Below the pieces are notes generated by a model. The model was given only the letters and a program-made list of their open reading frames with translations, was not told the DNA's origin and ran no database searches. Source: a virus. From it: a stretch of DNA of 18,257 nucleotides. A program made the position numbers and the translations under genes. Where the stretch lies: the IMG/VR virus record IMGVR_UViG_3300001507_000013; one strand, 5' to 3'. The stretch's first letter is position 1; each line of letters starts with the position of its first letter. Below are positions 14,502 through 18,257 of the stretch, piece after piece.

Positions 14502-15353
14502 CTACCATATGTGTAAAAAACATTCTTTATCATATGTTTTAAATATTGTATCACGCATTGAATATAACTTTTGTAAGTTATCTATTAAGTATTGTTTTGT
14601 TAATCCTGTTCGATTCATTTCATTTTGTGATTGTGTATTACGTTTTGTATCACTTTCACCGTTTCTTAATGAATCAAACGTATTATCTTTTGTACCTGTT
14701 TTTTCTGATACTGTTTCACTTGTATTTTTATCTCTTGAAATCGTGTTTGTGTCTGCATAATCAAGCACTGTATTATCTACATCAATATTGACTTTTGACT
14801 GTGGTAGGGTAGATTCTGCAGTACGATTATCATCAAAACTTTTTGTGATTGTATCTTCATAGTCTTTATACTCTTCATGACCTTTGTCTTGTTGTCTGTC
14901 TTTAGTTTGACCCTGTTCGATTGCATTTTCAATCGCTTTACCTAAGTCTTGTGATTGTGTATCTGTGACTTGTTCAATATATTTATACATATCTGAACCA
15001 TAAACACGATAAATGTAATCTTCATGTGTCATTGTGATATATAAAACTTGACTTGCAAAGGCTTCTACTGTTTGTCTACCAATTTCACGATATAAAAAAC
15101 GTAATGTAAAACTTTCTTTAAAATATCGATCAATGCGTTCATCATTAAACATGAAACCTTTAAAAAATACCCTATCTACAATTTGTTTGACATCATCATC
15201 AAAATACAACATTTTTTGCATAAACGCATATTCTGAATTATTGAAACTAATTCTATCATTATTTACAAATTCATTTAGTCCTAAATGCTGCAATTCACTT
15301 TCAATGATTTCATATAACGTTGTTGTATATTTACTCACTCGAACCACCACCAA
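14502..15353 (-). CDS. Lower collar (tail connector) protein, about 278-283 aa; start codon uncertain
   Basis: There is no in-frame ATG before codon 45. Candidate starts are TTG 15353 and GTG 15350, 15347 or 15338. All lie inside the GGTGGTGG run that encodes the portal C-terminus and could double as the RBS. The call rests on synteny. Confidence 0.65.
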   Translation of the reverse strand: MVVVRVSKYTTTLYEIIESELQHLGLNEFVNNDRISFNNSEYAFMQKMLYFDDDVKQIVDRVFFKGFMFNDERIDRYFKESFTLRFLYREIGRQTVEAFASQVLYITMTHEDYIYRVYGSDMYKYIEQVTDTQSQDLGKAIENAIEQGQTKDRQQDKGHEEYKDYEDTITKSFDDNRTAESTLPQSKVNIDVDNTVLDYADTNTISRDKNTSETVSEKTGTKDNTFDSLRNGESDTKRNTQSQNEMNRTGLTKQYLIDNLQKLYSMRDTIFKTYDKECFLHIW

Positions 15354-16338
15354 TATTATCAGTCTTAAGATTCATAATATCCATTTCAGAAATAGCTTCA
15401 TCATCGTAATAGGCATGAATATCTAAATTGAATCGACGGTTTAACATTTCAAAAGGGTAGCGACCTCTTAAATAAATATTACTATTTGATGTAGTAAATG
15501 AACGGTTTGATTTGGCTTCAGTGTCACTTACACCACTTTCTTTATCTACTGCAAGTGAATTTACACCTAAGAAATTTGATAACTCACTGACTTTATTTTG
15601 ATATTCTCGTTTCATTTCAACTAAAGCAGTAGTTACAAAATCACTACCCAAGTCAATGATATCTTCTTCAGGGTCAATGTATTTATCTGTCTTAATAAAA
15701 GGTGCACCATTATACAATTTATTAATAAACTGATTAATCGTTTCATCTTGAATATCAGATAAAAATATTTTACTAAATTTAGACTGCATAATAAGTGAAA
15801 AGCGAGATAATATAATTTCAGCTAATTCATCACAATAATGTTCTATAATCTGATAATCATTATTTAAATTGACGGGTTTATTTCGTAATACAACAAAATC
15901 ACCACTTTGGCAGTTATCATAATATTCAATTTCTAAAGCATAATCAGGTCTTAAATAATCAGGAATAATAAATGTGATGTCATCTTGAGTTAATCTTTTA
16001 TTAAAAGTTAAATTGAAGTTATTTATAAAATCGTTACTATTTTTATAATACATTGATTGTATATAGCCTAATATCATAATAACACCATTTCTAGCTTTAC
16101 CAACAACAACTTGATACCCTTGTCTTAAAGCAATTTCAAGTTGTAAAAAATCAATTCCAACTGAATTTTGATTTGTATAATTAATAAGCAATGGTAAAAA
16201 TTCAACGTAACGATTAAAAATTAACCGACGAAAACGGTTTCTATGTTCCATTATTCGTCGGTCAATATTTTCAGTCAATTCAACTTTTAAACCAACATCT
16301 TTATTTTTTCCGATGTAATCGTTATCTAAATAACTCAT
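15331..16338 (-). CDS. Portal / upper collar protein, 335 aa
   Basis: AAGGAGGAC RBS. It lies directly downstream of the capsid gene. Size fits phi29-family connectors. The call rests on synteny. Confidence 0.75.
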   Translation of the reverse strand: MSYLDNDYIGKNKDVGLKVELTENIDRRIMEHRNRFRRLIFNRYVEFLPLLINYTNQNSVGIDFLQLEIALRQGYQVVVGKARNGVIMILGYIQSMYYKNSNDFINNFNLTFNKRLTQDDITFIIPDYLRPDYALEIEYYDNCQSGDFVVLRNKPVNLNNDYQIIEHYCDELAEIILSRFSLIMQSKFSKIFLSDIQDETINQFINKLYNGAPFIKTDKYIDPEEDIIDLGSDFVTTALVEMKREYQNKVSELSNFLGVNSLAVDKESGVSDTEAKSNRSFTTSNSNIYLRGRYPFEMLNRRFNLDIHAYYDDEAISEMDIMNLKTDNIGGGSSE

Positions 16339-16358
16339 GGTTTAAAAGTCCTCCTTTA

Positions 16359-17576
16359 TTATTCTGTTGCACCTGCGTCAGGTTGTTCCTTTGGTGCTTC
16401 TGTAATTAAGATTTTATTAAAGAATGGTGAGATAGCTTTGAATGAGTAATAATGAATCCAGTGTGTAACCTCATCAAATTCACCATTATAAAATGGTTCT
16501 TTTAACATGCCTTTAGTATTACGTTTATATTTAAGTGCATTAATATCAAAAATAAACGCAAACAATTCACCCTGTGGCTTGATTTCTTCAATGTTTCCTT
16601 TAAATTCTTTTAAATCAGATACATTAAATGTAAATACTGAACCAGTAGGGATAACATCACCAATCATAGCTTGATAATCACCAAAAGCACGTAAATAATT
16701 GATTGTATCTTCATTTGCTAAAGTAACATCTTTTGTTGTTTTATATACACCACCTAAATCATCAAAACTGATGATATGGTCTGTGAAGTCAATGCCTGCC
16801 ATTTGGAAAGTATTCGCAATTTTTGTATCAAGTAAATATGACTTAAGTGAATCAGTTGTTAAAATTGCAATATCACTTAATTTTGAAACAGTAGTATATT
16901 GACCTACTGAACCACCTGACGCTTTGTGTACTTCATTGTATTTTGCACTATTATTTTGCATATTTAAAATTGCTTCAAATACACGTTCTGTTAAATCTTC
17001 TTTTGATGAAGCAGTACGACGATTTGAATCTTGCAATTGATTAATTGCATAATCAACCATCATTGCACGTATTTCTTTTTCTTCTTGAACGTTAATATCT
17101 GAAATCTTTTTACGTAATACACCTAAAGCGTAATTTGTAGCGTCACCTAATGTTTGGAAATTAAAACGTACATCATTATTATTTAATGTGAATTTTTGTT
17201 TTTTAACAATTCCTGAACCATATAAACGTGTTGCCATTTGTGGATAATTACGTTTTAACATTAATTCTTCTGATTTAGATAAATTCATTTCAATTGGAAT
17301 TGTATCCATAATCACGTATTCTTCAGAATATTGTCCGATAAAGTCTTGTTCTTTTGCTAACCAGTTGAAACGATTTCCTAAAGCAATGTCAATCAATAAT
17401 GTTTCATTGATTTTAGGGAATAGGTATTTATTTACATATGTTTCAAACATTGTATTTACGTTTGACCAATTCTCACCAAAAGTCCATTGTTTACCATAAT
17501 CATGGTTAAAATCTTGTAATGACGCTTTTGTAGAATCTGCAATTAAAGTTGGTATATCTGTTTTTTTATCTGCCAT
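16359..17576 (-). CDS. Major capsid protein, 405 aa
   Basis: AGGAGGAT RBS. Position and size match the major capsid protein of P68-type phages (about 400 aa). Confidence 0.8.
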   Translation of the reverse strand: MADKKTDIPTLIADSTKASLQDFNHDYGKQWTFGENWSNVNTMFETYVNKYLFPKINETLLIDIALGNRFNWLAKEQDFIGQYSEEYVIMDTIPIEMNLSKSEELMLKRNYPQMATRLYGSGIVKKQKFTLNNNDVRFNFQTLGDATNYALGVLRKKISDINVQEEKEIRAMMVDYAINQLQDSNRRTASSKEDLTERVFEAILNMQNNSAKYNEVHKASGGSVGQYTTVSKLSDIAILTTDSLKSYLLDTKIANTFQMAGIDFTDHIISFDDLGGVYKTTKDVTLANEDTINYLRAFGDYQAMIGDVIPTGSVFTFNVSDLKEFKGNIEEIKPQGELFAFIFDINALKYKRNTKGMLKEPFYNGEFDEVTHWIHYYSFKAISPFFNKILITEAPKEQPDAGATE

Positions 17577-17588
17577 TGTTTAATCCTC

Positions 17589-17780
17589 CTATGCTTCTTG
17601 TACTGAATCATCGCTATATGATTGTTTTGTAAGTGAATGAACTTGTCGTCCGTATTCATCTTCAGATTTTGATGTACCAATACTCATATTTGCGTTTAAT
17701 TCTCTTGATTTATTTAATCGTGAATCTTCATAATTTGCATGTGTCATGCCACGCATTTCATTACCGTCAAAATTTGCCAT
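17589..17780 (-). CDS. Small capsid-associated protein, 63 aa (position matches the inner-capsid protein of P68-type phages)
   Basis: ATG at 17780 lies 8 nt after AAGGAG. The GTG at 17789 in the ORF track is unlikely. The function is positional only. Confidence 0.55.
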   Translation of the reverse strand: MANFDGNEMRGMTHANYEDSRLNKSRELNANMSIGTSKSEDEYGRQVHSLTKQSYSDDSVQEA

Positions 17781-17792
17781 TATTATCACTCC

Positions 17793-18119
17793 TTATAAAT
17801 TTAACATTTGTTTAATTTCTTCACTTGATTCGATACCGTCTGTTTCTTGATTGTCATCAACTTCAGTAGGTACTGTTTTATCTTCAAAATTTGGATCGCT
17901 TGATTCTTGCGTTGGTTGTGGTTGTGATTCTTGATTATTTAATCTTTGTTCTAAAGCAGTGACACGTTGTTCTAATTGTACAAAAGCTTCTGATTTTTCT
18001 TCAGTCACTTCTTTTTCAGGTTCAGTGACAACATCTTCTGCACTTTCAATTTTTTCTGCAGGTTGTTCAGTTGATTCTGTTTCAGGTTCTTCTTTAATGA
18101 TTTTTTCTTCTTCTGCCAT
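17793..18119 (-). CDS. Very acidic helical protein, 108 aa: scaffolding / inner-core-like
   Basis: ATG at 18119 (MAEEEK...) lies 9 nt after AGAGGTG. The track's TTG at 18158 lies in the 5' UTR. It is Glu/Asp-rich with a central helix (FVQLEQRVTALEQRL). It is the first late gene, like phi29 gp7. Confidence 0.6.
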   Translation of the reverse strand: MAEEEKIIKEEPETESTEQPAEKIESAEDVVTEPEKEVTEEKSEAFVQLEQRVTALEQRLNNQESQPQPTQESSDPNFEDKTVPTEVDDNQETDGIESSEEIKQMLNL

Positions 18120-18174
18120 TTTATTATACACCTCTTTATTTTTAAAAAATGTAAGCAAATTTTTGCTTGACTAT

Positions 18175-18204
18175 ATTATAACATAAAAATTTTCTCATTC
18201 ATAA
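18175..18204 (-). promoter_or_regulatory. Late-operon promoter with an extended -10 (TGtTATAAT) and a weak -35
   Basis: On the - strand, TATAAT is at 18180-18175 and TG at 18183-18182. The best -35 is only TTATGA or TATGAA (18198-18204), overlapping the inner edge of the right ITR. Confidence 0.55.
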
Positions 18205-18257
18205 TCCATAGTAAAATTTAAATGTATTTTGTTTGACCTTTTACTCAAAATTTTTAT
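18199..18257. repeat. Right inverted terminal repeat (59 bp)
   Basis: Exact reverse complement of bases 1-59. Confidence 0.95.

Noticed and set aside
14509-15426. Three + strand ORFs (14509-14760, 14546-14791, 15133-15426) antisense to the collar gene
   Set aside because: Phe/Leu/Ser-rich translations typical of antisense to a Lys/Glu/Asp-rich gene. No promoter or RBS on the + strand in this arm.
4785-18168. Shared AAGCAA/TTGCTT half-sites in the palindromes at 4785-4815 and 18153-18168, as a common operator
   Set aside because: Spacing between the half-sites differs greatly (19 nt against 4 nt). The hexamers also occur elsewhere in this AT-rich genome, for example within the polymerase gene, so the similarity is probably chance.
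16699-18186. + strand ORFs 16699-16902, 17633-17815 and 17959-18186, antisense to the capsid module
   Set aside because: Same reasoning: they lie antisense within well-supported late genes and have no expression signals.
1-18257. Lysogeny module, tRNA genes, CRISPR array, insertion sequences or homing endonucleases
   Set aside because: No ORF has integrase, repressor or transposase motifs. No cloverleaf-like or spacer-repeat structure was noticed. Every large ORF is accounted for by replication, packaging, structural or lysis functions.

Overview
The window looks like one complete linear genome of a phi29-like, protein-primed podovirus. It is very AT-rich and compact. By size, gene order and motifs it best fits the Staphylococcus picoviruses (P68/44AHJD/Andhra type). 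Perfect 59-bp inverted terminal repeats sit at both ends (1-59 and 18199-18257), so nothing lies outside the phage. The left arm (+ strand, about 130-7163) starts with a near-consensus sigma-A promoter. It carries small early genes, a putative SSB, a small membrane protein, an unexpected SGNH/GDSL esterase fusion, a basic 167-aa protein, the packaging ATPase and a protein-primed family-B DNA polymerase. The right arm (- strand, 18183 down to 7259) is one long late operon: scaffold/core protein, small capsid protein, major capsid protein, portal, lower collar, beta-helix tail fibre, amidase endolysin, coiled-coil fibre, tail knob, holin and a two-domain tail lysin. The arms converge on a bidirectional terminator. 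No integrase, repressor, tRNA, CRISPR array or transposon was seen. The points most worth a second look are: (1) a host-type SSB C-terminal tip (DDDIPF) stranded out of frame after the putative SSB gene; (2) a self-contained promoter-to-terminator unit of about 110 nt in the convergent gap, which may be a small RNA; (3) the SGNH esterase in the replication arm; (4) hairpin/promoter overlaps that look like transcriptional gating. All product calls rest on motifs and synteny read by eye. No database search was run.
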